From: Octopus vulgaris
Lineage: Eukaryota
Direction of reading: 5' to 3'
Assembly (NCBI GenBank): GCA_951406725.2
Contig: OX597831.1
Coordinates: forward strand, 30,752,001 to 30,816,000
Length of the DNA stretch: 64,000 nt
In this document: positions 1 to 14,060 of the stretch, in pieces
Position numbering within the stretch: the first letter of the stretch is position 1
How the letters are laid out: every line of letters starts with the position of its first letter
The notes under the pieces: generated by a model
What the model saw: the letters and a program-made list of their open reading frames with translations, nothing else
The model's database searches: none
Told to the model about the DNA's origin: nothing
Position numbers and translations under genes: made by a program

Positions 1-289
1 GTATATACATAACTGTATATGGATATGTTTATATGGCGTGGTGAACAGATTTAAACAATTAGAGTAAGATATGAATTACTTAACGCGACACAAGTTATAG
101 AAAATTAACTGAATTATCAATTCTCTGATGTCTTTTGAAATATTTCTCGTACACTAATTGCTAAAATTACAACACCAGATGATTAATTCCGAGTATTGTC
201 AGATATATATCTAAAAGAATTCTGACTGAGTGAAAATTACGTGGTTCCGACTATACTATAACTAGGTTGAAAGCAGGATATGTCTTGTA

Positions 290-765
<476 letters not shown>

Positions 766-1067
766 ATGTTTCTTTATTAGCCACACAGGGCTGCACACAG
801 ACAGGACAAATTACAAGGTAGAGCTTTTCTTTTGGGGGTAAAAAAAGGGGGTTTGGTTTTCGATCAAAAGAGATCGTAAAAGGAAAGAAAGAGGACAAAA
901 TAAGGGGGGGATATAATTTTTAAAAAAAGGTGGGGAAAAGGAAAAAAAATTTGATCAATAGGGATCGTTATCACAGAAATGTCAATATGAAGTGTAAAGG
1001 GGAGGACAGGTGAGGTTTACCCGTGGAAAGAAAAGCCTACGGAAAAGACCACGGTAACCTCGGTCAA
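766..1067 (-). mobile_element. Probable 3' end/UTR fragment of a non-LTR retrotransposon (possibly Tx1/L1-like) inserted in (TATC)n
   Basis: Minus strand ends ...ccttgtaatttgtcctgtctgtgtgcagccctgtgtggctAATAAAgaaacat then (ATCT)n; the terminus resembles the tail-B terminus of the Meta-like SINE in this window. Clade assignment is inference. Confidence 0.55.
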
Positions 1068-1270
<203 letters not shown>

Positions 1271-1858
1271 TTATCAATTTCTCTTTCTTTTTGTCTGGCT
1301 CTCTATCAACAAACACATACTCATATACACTTCCAAACACGCACGCATCAGAGATGATAAGCCGACTCAATAATGAGTTTGACCATCGTTTGTTAATGAG
1401 CTGCAAAGCTAAAATAACTTTTTTTTAACTAGCTGACGCTTGGTGGTTTTATCCATCCATCCATCCATCCATCCATGCAAACATACATACATACGTACAT
1501 ACTTATATAATACATACATACGTCTATGAGTGAAAGAGAGAGGGAGAGAGAGTGCGTATGTGTGGCGCGTACATCTACACACTTTGCATACATACATATA
1601 GGTATATTTGCATACTTAAATGAAAACATATGATGTAGATTGATAAAACATTAGAAGATGGTAATAACCACGGAAACCAGGTCAAAACTTATTATATTCA
1701 CTAGATATGCGAGAAATGGCAGCGTAACCGCTTTTGACTGACACTATATCGGTTTGAAAATAGAGATACGGTGAGGATAATATTCTCCCTAATGCGCAAA
1801 ACTTAAGAAAATGAACGAGATGTTCATGGCTGGAACGACGTGTATCAAAGTTCTGCTC

Positions 1859-2040
1859 GTGGCTGTGTAGTAAGAAGCTTGCTTACCAACCACAAGGTTC
1901 CGGGTTCAGTCCCACTGCGTGGCACATTGGGCAAGTGTTTTCTACTATAGCCTCGGGGCGACCAAAGCCTTGTGAATGGATTCGGAAGACGGAAACTGAA
2001 AGAAGTTTGTCGTATATATGTATGTATATATATGTGTGTG

Positions 2041-2086
<46 letters not shown>

Positions 2087-2313
2087 TGTGTGTGTGTGTG
2101 TGTTTATGTGTCTTTGTTTGTCCCCCAACATCGCTTGACAACCGATGCTGGTGTGTTTATGTCCCCGTAACTTAGCGGTTCGGCAAAAGAGACCGATAGA
2201 ATAAGTACTAGGCTTCCAAAGAATAAGTCCTGGGTTCGATTTGCTCGACTAAAAGCCGGTCCTCCAGCATGGCCACAGTCAAAGGACTGAAACAAGTAAA
2301 AGAGTAAAAGAGT
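1859..2313 (+). mobile_element. tRNA-derived SINE family 1 (CORE-like block, internal microsatellite, (AAAGAGT)n tail)
   Basis: A box gtggctgtgtag, B box ggttcagtccc, ttgggcaagtg block, internal (TA)/(TG)n, tail gactgaaacaagtaaaagagtaaaagag; >10 similar copies in window. Confidence 0.92.
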
Positions 2314-3220
2314 GAGGGCTTCCTGATATAAAGGTGGGATGGTCACGATTCGAAATTCATTTGAACGTAACTTCATCATTAAGAACCTAGTTGCGGTTAT
2401 ATAACAAAAACAACAACAACAACAACGACAACAACAACGACAAAAACAACAACTACACCAATATCAACAACCATCAAACTTTGGTATTGGTTAGTACAAA
2501 AAAAAAACATTCATTCCTACTTGTTTTCTGTAAATCGATTATATGACGTTCGATGATTTATTGGAAAGGAAACAAAATGGCATAGGAATAATAATGTTAT
2601 GCAAATCATAAAACTTTCCACTACATTTACATCACACGTATGACGTGTATTTAATATATTTTTATGCGTTTATTTCCTTTTGTATCTCTATTACACTGGT
2701 TTTTGTCCGAAGGTCAAACAACCAACAGTACTTTAGAGACAGCGATTACTGACCTTAGAGTAAAGAACATTAAAACGGCTCAGTGTTTGTTGGCCGATTT
2801 CATTCATGTCGTAGCTTTTTTGTGTTTTTTTTTTTGTGTTTTTCTCTTCTTTCTAAAAACATATGACGAGTTCGGTTATTTTTGGAAGAGTTCCATCATC
2901 GTTATAAAATATCTGTTGCTAAAAGGTCTCTAGTGGATTTTCGAGTTTTATGAGAATATATAAATAAATGAATAAATAAATAAATATATTTATTTTTATT
3001 CTATGCGTATGTATGTATGTATGTATGTATGTATGTATGTATGTATGTATGTATGTATGTATGTATGCATGTATGCCTCTCTACATATATGTGTATATGT
3101 ATATACATAGGTATATACATACGTACATGCGTACATACGCAACTGTGATTAGTGTCTGAACGAAACTCTCGGCCCTTAAGTAACTCTACCGATTATTATT
3201 GAACACACGCACATACACAC

Positions 3221-3318
<98 letters not shown>

Positions 3319-3659
3319 GGTACCTCCAAATAAAATTAAGGAACGCTTCAAATACAAGTCTGCTACAAGAAAGTTGCGACATAAGCCACGTCTTTTTATC
3401 TCAACTTTTGAAAATTAGGGTAAATTGTGAAACCAGTTTATTCTTTAAATTTCATAAAAAAAAATTTTTAACCATTCTCAGTGCATTTTCAACTTCTATT
3501 ATTTTCTATATTTCTACCCTTGTGAAGTAAAAAAAAATGTATTTCATACATACATACATACATACATACATACATACATACATACACATACATACATACA
3601 TACATACATACATACATACATAAAACTTACTTGGAAAAGGATGCGTGGCGTTCGATCAT

Positions 3660-3850
3660 ATAATAGTATAAATAATATATAAATATATGCATATATACAT
3701 ACATATATGTACATACCTACATATATATGTATATATACATGTATATATGGGTACAGGACATCAAAAAAATGTTGAACACAATGAGAAACGAAAACATAAA
3801 AACAAAAGCATAGAAACGAACTTTTTTTTAAACAACGAAAAAAACATACA
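3660..3850 (-). mobile_element. Fragment of the repeat family seen at 39174-40024 and 22015-22190 (PLE-associated)
   Basis: gggtacaggac...gagaaacgaaaacataaaaacaaa matches the reverse complement of 39880-40020. Confidence 0.6.
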
Positions 3851-4473
3851 CACATACACACACACACACACACACGTCTGATATACATATATCCAAGCAT
3901 TTCGAGCAGTGTGTATTATTCATATCGTAGAAAGACTATCAAGTAAGCATAACAACATTAGTACAACCGATAAAATTCTTGTAGACAATAGATTAGAATA
4001 TCTAAAAAGGGAAATGTAACATCACGGTCAAAGACTCCAAAAAAGATGTTAACACTGGCACCGTGTATAGTTTTATGAAACAATAGATAGAACTAATTAA
4101 CAAAAATATCATACTTAAAATTAACGAGATTATTAGGAGAGCATCTAGAGTACATGATTGAAATAAACGGTAGCACAGTATATTTAATAACAAATATAAC
4201 AAAGAGGATTCTAGATTGTCTTTTTTATGGGGGAAATGTAGAGACTATAAATGTGTTGTCTACTAATGCTTTCCGTTGTAAATTTGTTACCGGATATATT
4301 TAGAATATAGTAATTGATTATCGTCGAATGTGCACGGCGAGACAGCGGGAGATCGCTTTGCTAGCATGGCTGGTGTTTTGAGATTTATAACTAACACAGA
4401 TGCATAGAAAGAATGTGGTTACATTAAACGAATTTTGCTCCTTCCCATTCAAGATATGTTGGATCACTACTTG

Positions 4474-4541
4474 AACAAAACTTGACTTAAACAAAACTTG
4501 ACTTAAACAAAACTTGACTTAAACAAAACTTGACTTAAACA
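4474..4541. repeat. 16-bp tandem repeat (AACAAAACTTGACTTA) x4
   Basis: Four exact copies plus a partial. Confidence 0.95.
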
Positions 4542-4754
4542 GGATTCCAATAATCCTATCAGGTGGTGCTATTAAGTTAGACATGGCATGGACCAATCTT
4601 TGGTCGAAACATATCTAAGTTTTATCTAAGTTTATGATATTTATATTGTTTTATTAATGAGGTAGTAAAAGCACAAATATGAAAATTAACCAAAGAACTA
4701 TAGACATAGCCAAATTTACGGCAGCTTTATATCATAGTAAACTATTCTATATTT

Positions 4755-5400
4755 TTGATAGAGGAAACAAAACCGGTTACGTCTTCTTTGATGATCAATG
4801 AACAAAGTTTGAACGAGGCCGTTAGGAAACTCTACTCTTTCTTCCAGTTCATCATCGTGAATTCATTAATCACATTGGCCATTTATAGTTTTCTCGTGTT
4901 ACTACATTTCTCTGGTTTGGTGCTGATAAGATTTTTGATTTTACATTTTTATAGCATATCTTTAGTGCTATTTTGTGGTAAGCTGCAATGCACTTCAAGT
5001 TCCGTTTTATTGGGTCTTTGATGTATTCTTCTATTCTATAAGCACTCTGCATATAATTTCCTTTGTGTTTAATCTATGTATTTGTATTAGGTGTGGCGTT
5101 TGATGTATTTGCTTCATTTTATTTGAAATCGTATTGTTTTGTCGCTTCATTAGTTTAACAAAATAGCCATTCTTGATTAATATTTCTTTTTATTTTAAGC
5201 ATTTCTTTATCTGGTGCTTTGTTTATGGAGAAGAATGCAAATGCTTTTTACAAGTACGGATTTTACAACTGACATTTTGCATCCAGTTAGAAGTTCGCTA
5301 TCATCATTTTGCTATGCGAATTTACCTGTGACATTTCCAGACGAAAATAAACTTAGAAAAAGATTAAAAATTACATCACACCTCTTTATAAAAGTATCGA
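4755..5400 (-). pseudogene. Degenerate Penelope-like element RT C-terminal/linker remnant
   Basis: Manual minus-strand translation across frameshifts gives KMSVVKSVL...DKEMLKIK/EILIKNGYF, matching the PLE RT thumb motif L..NGY. Confidence 0.65.
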
Positions 5401-5418
5401 AATAAAAATATACACTTG

Positions 5419-5459
<41 letters not shown>

Positions 5460-5544
5460 AGGTAGGTAGTTAGATAGGTAGGTAGGTAAGTTCGTAGTTA
5501 GGTATATACGTATGTAAGTATTATGTAAATGGATCGGTTAGAGC

Positions 5545-5925
5545 ACACCGCAACAATCACTCTTGTCCCTTTGTCGCTAGTCATGTAGATGATATCATCA
5601 TACTAACCTCATCACATCAGGAGGCCATTAAAGTATACAATATGTCCAACAAAAGTGTGAAGCACCCTAATAACACCGTTCCTTACCTCTGTTTGGTTTT
5701 GAACTTAAATCATAGACAACAGATCCATTTCTACTAACTTTTAGAAAAAACGTGTATGCAAAGGTATTTGTGCATCTTAATTCATGCCTGCCCATCTCTG
5801 ATGGACAGGACTGAATTATAATGTACAAATATCCTTGCATACTCTTTATATGTTGGAATTGAATATACCTCTGGTGCAATCTGTACCTTCCCTGAAGAAG
5901 GTCCTAGCTAAAAACAAAACATCTT
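5545..5925 (+). pseudogene. Degenerate Penelope-like reverse transcriptase (catalytic region)
   Basis: Plus strand FVASHVDDIIIL (5582-5593, cf. RYVDD), then NTVPYLCL (cf. LPFLD), RKNVYAKVFVHLNSCLP (cf. YRKPT..LH..S.HP), LKKVLAKN; stops and frameshifts present. Confidence 0.7.
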
Positions 5926-5929
5926 ATTT

Positions 5930-6240
5930 TTGAGAAACAACTGATTTACAGCAGTTTGGTTTTTTGCAAAAATTGGCAGTTTCAAAGCAACATATGTTTC
6001 TTCTTTTTGGGTGGTGGGTATTAATTGATCTGGTGATGTCCTGGAGTGAAATGAAAGAGTATGAATAGCCATTTTCTATCAGGTCTTTCCGGAATTGTAT
6101 GGTGTCGACATTTAACGCGTGTCCGGTAGATCTTATTTCTAATGTAGGTCGTCTTAGGTTTTCTGATGCCTCACTGTCAATATCTTTCCTCAGTTAATTT
6201 CCCGAAGAAATGGTTCTAACTCTGAAATATTGAAATACTA
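5930..6240 (-). pseudogene. Second degenerate PLE RT-thumb fragment
   Basis: Minus strand QFRKDLIENGYS (NGY at 6065-6073) followed by ETYVALKLPIF (cf. LPY linker motif). Confidence 0.55.
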
Positions 6241-6450
6241 ATCATCGACTTTGTTTATTAATTTTTGGGACTAAAAAAATATTTAAGCATTTATATACAT
6301 AGCAATGTTTCATGAAAATTATACTACTTAATACACACACTCACGCACACAAACATACACACTTACATATACACAGACATACATACACACATACACTCAC
6401 ACACATACACACACAACACACACACATATGTGTGTGTATATATATATATC

Positions 6451-6561
<111 letters not shown>

Positions 6562-7613
6562 ATATATAAAGAGAAGGAACGTATTTCGTTAGTGAGTGAG
6601 TTAATAAGAGAGAGAGAGTGAGTGACTGAGCTATTTAGGGAGAAACTGAGCAAAATAGTGATTCAAAGAGAGTAATAGTGATTGATATATTACATTATAC
6701 GACTTTCTGTGCCAATTTGGTGAATACGAACGTGGTAAAGCGAGAATGACTGCCAAATTAACTGCAGGAAACTAATGGTACCAAACACACACAACTAAAA
6801 TCCTTTCAAATGAGTTGAATTATAATCGATTACCTGAAGAAACGATCAACTGGTTGGCAGCGGAAGTCTGAGAACAACTCCTGTCTAGACCAAATAAACA
6901 GCGTAAGTGAAAATCTAACACATTCAGCAAACACATATACGCTTTGTCTTTTGTTTTATTTTGGTTTGATGGGTGGGTGATGTATGAATATTGTGTGGCA
7001 TCAGTACTGCATACTCTCTGTATTCAGTCGAGATGCTTGAAATAGTAGTTAAATCTACTCCCAAATAGTGTTCAAACCTCTTGAAAGAGAAAGGAAACAT
7101 AAGATAAGCTTGATTAAGAAATGCGATGTACGAGCGATCGACAAGAAGGGTCGTGGCTAGAAAGTATTTAATCAACGTTGCCGGTCCCCTGACATTTAGA
7201 TGTCACCAGCTTCATATCCAACCATGCGGTCCAAGAAATTCCCTTTTCTAACAGCGCTGCTGTCGCTGTACCGTCGACCTTGCTCTGACAACACTATGTG
7301 ATCCGCCTTGAGCAATAGCAGCCCATTTTCCAATAGTCGTTCATTCGGTAATTCTGTGCCCCTCCATTTGGTAGTCTGAGCCTGAGCGAACTAGGTTTCT
7401 GTCGCATGGAGATGAATCATGCGTGCGTGTGTATGCAGGTATGTATACCATGTGCGTATACTAAACTTTACTTTTGAGTATAACCATAAACTTCAGTATT
7501 CACTGCATTTAAACATTCACTTTATTAGAAACAGTCGACAGACGTCAACGTCTCTCATGCGTGTACGACTTCATCCCATAAATATATATAGATGTGTGTG
7601 AGTGTATGTGCAA

Positions 7614-7663
<50 letters not shown>

Positions 7664-7977
7664 TCGTATACTAAAGGAAAAGGAAAACAAAACCAGGGGA
7701 GGATGAGCATCTCAGATCGTTTAGAATGTTTAATTAGAATAAGGTGAATCAAAAAAGGGACACCGTTCATTAATCGATGTGCATCCAAAGCAATGATTAA
7801 TAAAGTCACGAAACCGGTATGCTTTTGAATCTCTTTAACAATTCACAATAATAGCTTTTATTACTTTTATTCCTACCTCAGTTCATCTAATTGTATATAT
7901 CTATCGTTACTTTTCATAAAAAGCCTTTACTTTTTTTGATATCCAACGTGCATTTTCACTTCCTTTTCTTCCTACTT

Positions 7978-8021
<44 letters not shown>

Positions 8022-8164
8022 AACAATTTTATACAGTCAATGGAATGGCAAAAATTTGTAACTAAATTGGTCACAAATCACAGACATTTCCATCGCATAA
8101 TTTTGTTGGAAATGTAACATTCAAACATCTATCGTGATAATCAGAATGTTATTATAAATATCTT

Positions 8165-8310
8165 TCAAGGGGGTGAACGGGCAGAATTACCGTGCCGAGC
8201 AAATGCCATAGCGGCACTTCTTTTGGTTTTACGTTCTGAGATCAAATGTCATCGAGGTCAACCTTGCCTTTTATCCTTTCGGGGTCGATAAATTAAGTAC
8301 CAGTTGAGCT
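8165..8310 (+). mobile_element. Degenerate Meta-like SINE (family 2)
   Basis: gaggtcaaccttgccttttatcctttcggggtcgataaattaagtaccag core. Confidence 0.8.
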
Positions 8311-8469
8311 AAAATAAGAATGTATTTTAGAAACATTTTCTGAAAGCAATATACTTAATTAAAACCTCAGTACAAGACTAATTACTGTTTTGTTAATCAC
8401 CAGAGAATAAACAAGAAAGTCGGCTCTACTCTGATTTGAACCTTCAAATTAAGCGAATGTATGTAAATA

Positions 8470-8605
8470 ACGGTTTCAAATTTTGGCACAAGGCCAGTAA
8501 TTTAGGTAGTATAGTTAAGTCGAACACATCGACCGCAGTGATCAACCTGCTCTCGTTTCATTGGCCTCCGAAAGGATGAAAGGCGCAGTCGACCTCGGTA
8601 GAATC
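8470..8605 (-). mobile_element. Degenerate Meta-like SINE 3' part (tail A)
   Basis: ttttggcacaaggccag...gaaaggatgaaaggcgcagtcgacctcgg is the reverse complement of the family core and tail A. Confidence 0.75.
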
Positions 8606-9640
8606 GTATGTAAATAATGCATGTTATTTTTAGCTAGTGTTCTAACCATTCTCAACATAACGTTGCTTGTAAGACAACATGAATTACAAATATACTAATA
8701 ACGAATGCACTGCATCAATATATCATTGAAACAGTACATTATCATAACGTAGACACGATTCTCAGTAGGATCATTCCGCTTTTTATATTTATACTTTGTA
8801 CACCTATTCACTTCATTACCGACAACCTGGCAATTAATTGCTCTCCCGCAAGCTACCTTCTTTTCGACTCCTCGTTTTTTTTTTTTTTTCGCTGTAATTA
8901 TTTACGCAAAAATCGGAATTTATCATTTATTCATTAATCTGTCATAGGTCATGAGGACAGTACACGAGTACTCTTACATTTAGTATCTGCCAATGATGAC
9001 ATATTTATTTTGAGGTTGTTATGTTGATCAAGAGCAATACTAGACTAACATACTAATGAGCAAAGATATTCCTGTTATCACTATTCCATCTGTTTTTCCC
9101 GACATAATATCTCTAAGATCTCATTATCCAATGTGTTTTTCATTTTTTAAAGAAGATAGGGTAACACAGTGGTTCAACAACTGAGTCGACAAAATAGATA
9201 CTGAGCAAATAAGTACCGGGGTCGATTCGTTCGACTAAACTGTTCAAGGTGATGTGCTACCACTCACAGGCCGCAGTCCAATGGTTGTTATTTCTGCTAG
9301 ATTAAAAGGCTGCACTGTGTTCTCTCATCAGCTCGTTCATTTCAGATTTAACTCACGGTAATGTTTTTGTTTTTTTAGGTTTTTTTTCCTCTTTACAGTG
9401 AAAATGGACAATAATATCCATTTTCTAAATGCTAATAGTAAGGCTTAATTGCAAGTGACTGACTGAGATCTGAGTGTCGGACAAAATGTCTTGTAGCATT
9501 TTTCCGGCTCCTTAAGCTTTGTTTTCAATCATAGCTGAGATTAGCTCTCCTTTTTAACCCTCCAGTCGATAAAAGTAAAGAATTGAAGTCGACGGTCCGC
9601 TCAAAAATGTACCTAAACCAGAAACCATATTATTATTATT

Positions 9641-10191
9641 GAGTGAGAGAGAAGTGCATGCCATCAAAGTGACACTGGAGTAAAATATACGAAGCCCAGT
9701 ATACCCATCATGACTACCCGTCTGATAAGGGTACACAAGGCACATGCATCACAACCATATATGCGCGACATGGTGATCTCATATCAAGATAAACAGTGCA
9801 TGACCTTGCAAGTGGGGCCCAGTTAGAATTTTCTTCTGGTCGAGTAGCCCATCCCTCTCAAAAGGTTCGTGAATAAGGATTAAGGATGTTGAACGAACCA
9901 CCCATGTTTCCAAAGGTGAATTATCCAAACCTCTAAGAATTACTTTCAACACATGGCTATGGTGCTCCCCAACTACTTCCGCTCGTAATCAGAGATGCAA
10001 ATATCGTCAGCCACTAACGGACATGCTCAACTGGTTAAGGTCAAACAACTGACAAGCAAATCTGTGGTATTGAGCAGAATATTTACTGAAGCCCATCTTT
10101 TATACCAAGACAAAACAATGTACATGATAACACTTCGAATCAGTTAAGATCAGAAGCCATGAGAGTCACTGTCTGGTACTGCATCAGGGCG
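9641..10191 (-). mobile_element. ~550-bp non-coding element embedded in (ATT)n, probable 3' UTR of a (TAA)n-targeting R4/Dong-type LINE
   Basis: Complex-sequence block bounded on both sides by (ATT)n; minus strand ends ctctctcactc-(AAT)n. Dong assignment is inferred from target type only. Confidence 0.5.
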
Positions 10192-10192
10192 T

Positions 10193-10213
10193 TTATTATT
10201 ATTATTATTATTA

Positions 10214-10310
<97 letters not shown>

Positions 10311-10344
10311 CATTATTATTTTTATTATTATTATTATTATTATT
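10193..10344. repeat. (ATT)n microsatellite
   Basis: ~50 units visible. Confidence 0.98.
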
Positions 10345-10500
10345 ACAGTAGTCTTATTTTTAGCATGTGCTTTTCACTGCACTACCGAGTGCAGCCTTGT
10401 GTGACTTGGGTATGTGCTATGGTTTGCCGTGGTGCTCTTATTTTCACTGTATTGAAAGTGGGACCACCACAACAAACCACAGCAGATACTCAAGGCACAT
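10345..10500 (-). mobile_element. Short element in (ATT)n with an internal inverted duplication (probable LINE 3' end)
   Basis: Flanked by (ATT)n; 10400-10434 is the imperfect reverse complement of 10465-10499. Confidence 0.5.
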
Positions 10501-10839
10501 TATTATTATTGTCATTATATGGGCGCTAGGATAAACCGAATCAAACAATGGCAAAACACTTTCATACAGCTTTATGGATTGGCGAGTAAAGCAACACAAG
10601 CTTTTAAAGGTTGTCTATTGATTTTTCTCTACCGCTTCTGTAGAGATTAACATACTGATTGCAATATAAAGTACATTTCTTACTGATCTCTCATGCATTC
10701 AACTTTTTCATTCCTTTTTCTCTTTCCTACTTTTTCCAATCGCCTTCTATTTATATAAACCAACTTTTTAAAATTTGTCAATTTATCTATCTACCGCTCG
10801 TATCCAATGCTTTCTTTCTTAGCAGTCGTTCTCCCACCC

Positions 10840-10908
<69 letters not shown>

Positions 10909-11084
10909 TTATTTTCTGATATGTTTTCTTTCTTTTATCCCTCTCAATCACATAATGACAGAAACACCGAACAAGATAATTGTGCACTTTTCCTCCACTG
11001 TTTTCTATTTTTCTCTCTCACTCTCATTTTTGTCTGTCCGTCTCTCGACTTTCCTCCCTTCTTTCCTCAACCTCGTTCTCCCCG

Positions 11085-11115
<31 letters not shown>

Positions 11116-11284
11116 GTCTCTCTCTTTTCTCTTCTCTACTCTCTCCCTCTATCTATCTTCTCCATCTCTCTCTATCTTCACTTTCACGCGATGTCTTCCC
11201 GACAGAAACAACGTAGCTGAGACGGACATAAGTACGAACGCACACACCATAATCTCACAACACACGCTTCTTTCAGTGTGTGTG

Positions 11285-11712
<428 letters not shown>

Positions 11713-12279
11713 GAGAATGAGGGAGAAAGCGAAAGAGATTCCTTTATACCAAATGTATGCGTAAGTTTATTCTCTTTGTGTTTGCATGTCAGTCTCTTTA
11801 TCTTTTCTAATTTTATCCGCGGGTGTCAGTGTGTTTGTGTATGGCCACGTATGTCTGTATAATGTTTTAAAGACAAATGCTGTGTGCATATATATGTGTA
11901 TATATGTGCTTGTGTATGTTTGTGCTTGGTGTGTGTGTGTATGTGTCTTTGGAAGCACCTATGCGTATGTGTTGCCGTGTACGTACATGTTTGTCTCCCG
12001 TTCAGTAGGAAAATTCTTTCGTTGCTGGTCCACACGTGAATTCCATTTTCTTCGGTTTCTTTTTGTGCCTTCAATATTCTTTCATTTACCTTTTTTTTTT
12101 TCAATACGAAATTATATATACGTATGTGTGTATGCACGTTTGTGTGTGTGTGTGTGTGTCTGTATGTCCGCGTGTATGTGTCTGAGAGTCATCGAGCGTC
12201 TATATCTTTGCGTGTTTCTATGTGCATATATGTGTATACGTTTGTATGTGTGGAACGCGTGCATCTGTGTATATATTAG

Positions 12280-12510
<231 letters not shown>

Positions 12511-13065
12511 TTGACTGTCATAGTAGCATTTTAGGTACGATGAATCATACTTATTAATTAATGTTTAAAAAAAAATCAATTTCTTTACATTTTCAACCTT
12601 GCTACTCATCTATAAAAATTTATTCTGAATTACATTAATCTAACTTCTGCCGCAATACAAGCTGTGTTATCGCTGCCCTCTTACATTCTCGGTACTTAAA
12701 ATTAATACATTGGCAAGACAAGGGAAAAGGTAATTAATTCTATCATTAACGTTGATTATAAAGCAAAAGAAAGATATGTTTATAATTTAGTAATTCTTCA
12801 TTGACTTAAATAAAAGAAGTGAAAGAAAAAAGAAAAAAGAAAAATAATTTTTTCTTAAAAATAAAAAGTTTTTTTTTTAAATAAAAAGAAATTTTTCTTA
12901 AAGATTTTAAAGGTTTGAATAACAGAAAATATGGGACTGAGAAAAGGCGTTGATTTTAGCAAAGAAGAGCGAACGGTGATAATAGAAATAAGCGTGTCAA
13001 TGTAAGACTAAAATATGAAGGATATATGAAAATAAATGCGTGTACAAGCATGAAAGAAGTTAATA

Positions 13066-13231
13066 AGGTGCAGGAGTGGCTGTGTGGTAAGTAGCTTGTT
13101 TACCAACCACATGGTTCCGGGTTCAGTCCCACTGCGTGGCACCTTGGGCAAGTGTCTTCTACTATAGCCCCGGGCCGACCAAAGCCTTGTGAGTGGATTT
13201 GGTAGACGGAAACTGAAAGAAGCCCGTCGTA

Positions 13232-13293
<62 letters not shown>

Positions 13294-13515
13294 TGTGTGT
13301 GTTTGTGTGTCTGTGTTTGTCCCCCTAGCATTGCTTGACAACCGATGCTGGTGTGTTTATGTCCCCGTTACTTAGCGGTTCGGCAAAAGAGACCGATAGA
13401 ATAAGTACTGGGCTTACAAAAGAATAAGTCCCGGGGTCGAGTTGCTCGATTAAAGGCGGTGCTCCAGCATGGCCGCAGTCAAATGACTGAAACAAGTAAA
13501 AGAGTAAAAGAGTAA
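13066..13515 (+). mobile_element. SINE family 1, near-consensus full-length copy
   Basis: aggtgcaggagtggctgtgtgg...ggttcagtccc...ccttgggcaagtg...(TA)n...ccagcatggccgcagtcaaatgactgaaacaagtaaaagagtaaaagag. Confidence 0.95.
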
Positions 13516-13844
13516 GGTATAATATAGTATATTTGTGACGCGTATGTTTGTGCGTATGAGCGCGAATGAAGTATTAAATGTGTGGGCAAAATTGGTTGGG
13601 AAATATATTTGTTAGTGTTAGTTCTAGGACAGAGCAGAGTGTGTATTTTTATTATCAAGGAGATCCCAACTATGACTTTTCTGTCTTTTTCCGACATGAA
13701 AAGAACGGTGAGCCACATTATTTTAATGAGTCTTTTCTCCGAACGTCGAATTATTTGATGGAGATTTGACCTACTCGCAGGCCGAGTGACCACGATTCTG
13801 TCAGCTCGCCGCCAAAGAAGATCAAAATTAATCTATGAATCATA

Positions 13845-14060
13845 GTGACGAGCTGGCAGAATAGTTAGCACGCCGGGCAATATGTTTTGCGGTATTTCGT
13901 CGGTCTTTGCGTTTTGAGTTCAAATTCCGCAGAGGTCGGCTTTGTCTTCCATCCTCTCGGGGGTCGATAAAATAAAAACCAGTTGAGCACTGAGGTCGAC
14001 GTAATCGATTAACCCACTCCCCACAAACTTGCTGGCCTTGTGCTAAAAATTTGAAAGTAA
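13845..14060 (+). mobile_element. Meta-like SINE (family 2), full-length with tail A
   Basis: gagctggcagaatagttagcacgccggg (A box), gagttcaaattcc (B box), core gaggtcggctttgtcttccatcctctcggggtcgataaa, tail gctggccttgtgc. Confidence 0.88.

Noticed and set aside
5667-5879. Minus-strand ORF with SVVY as a GIY-YIG nuclease
   Set aside because: The plus strand over the same interval matches several consecutive PLE RT motifs, so the minus frame is likely incidental.
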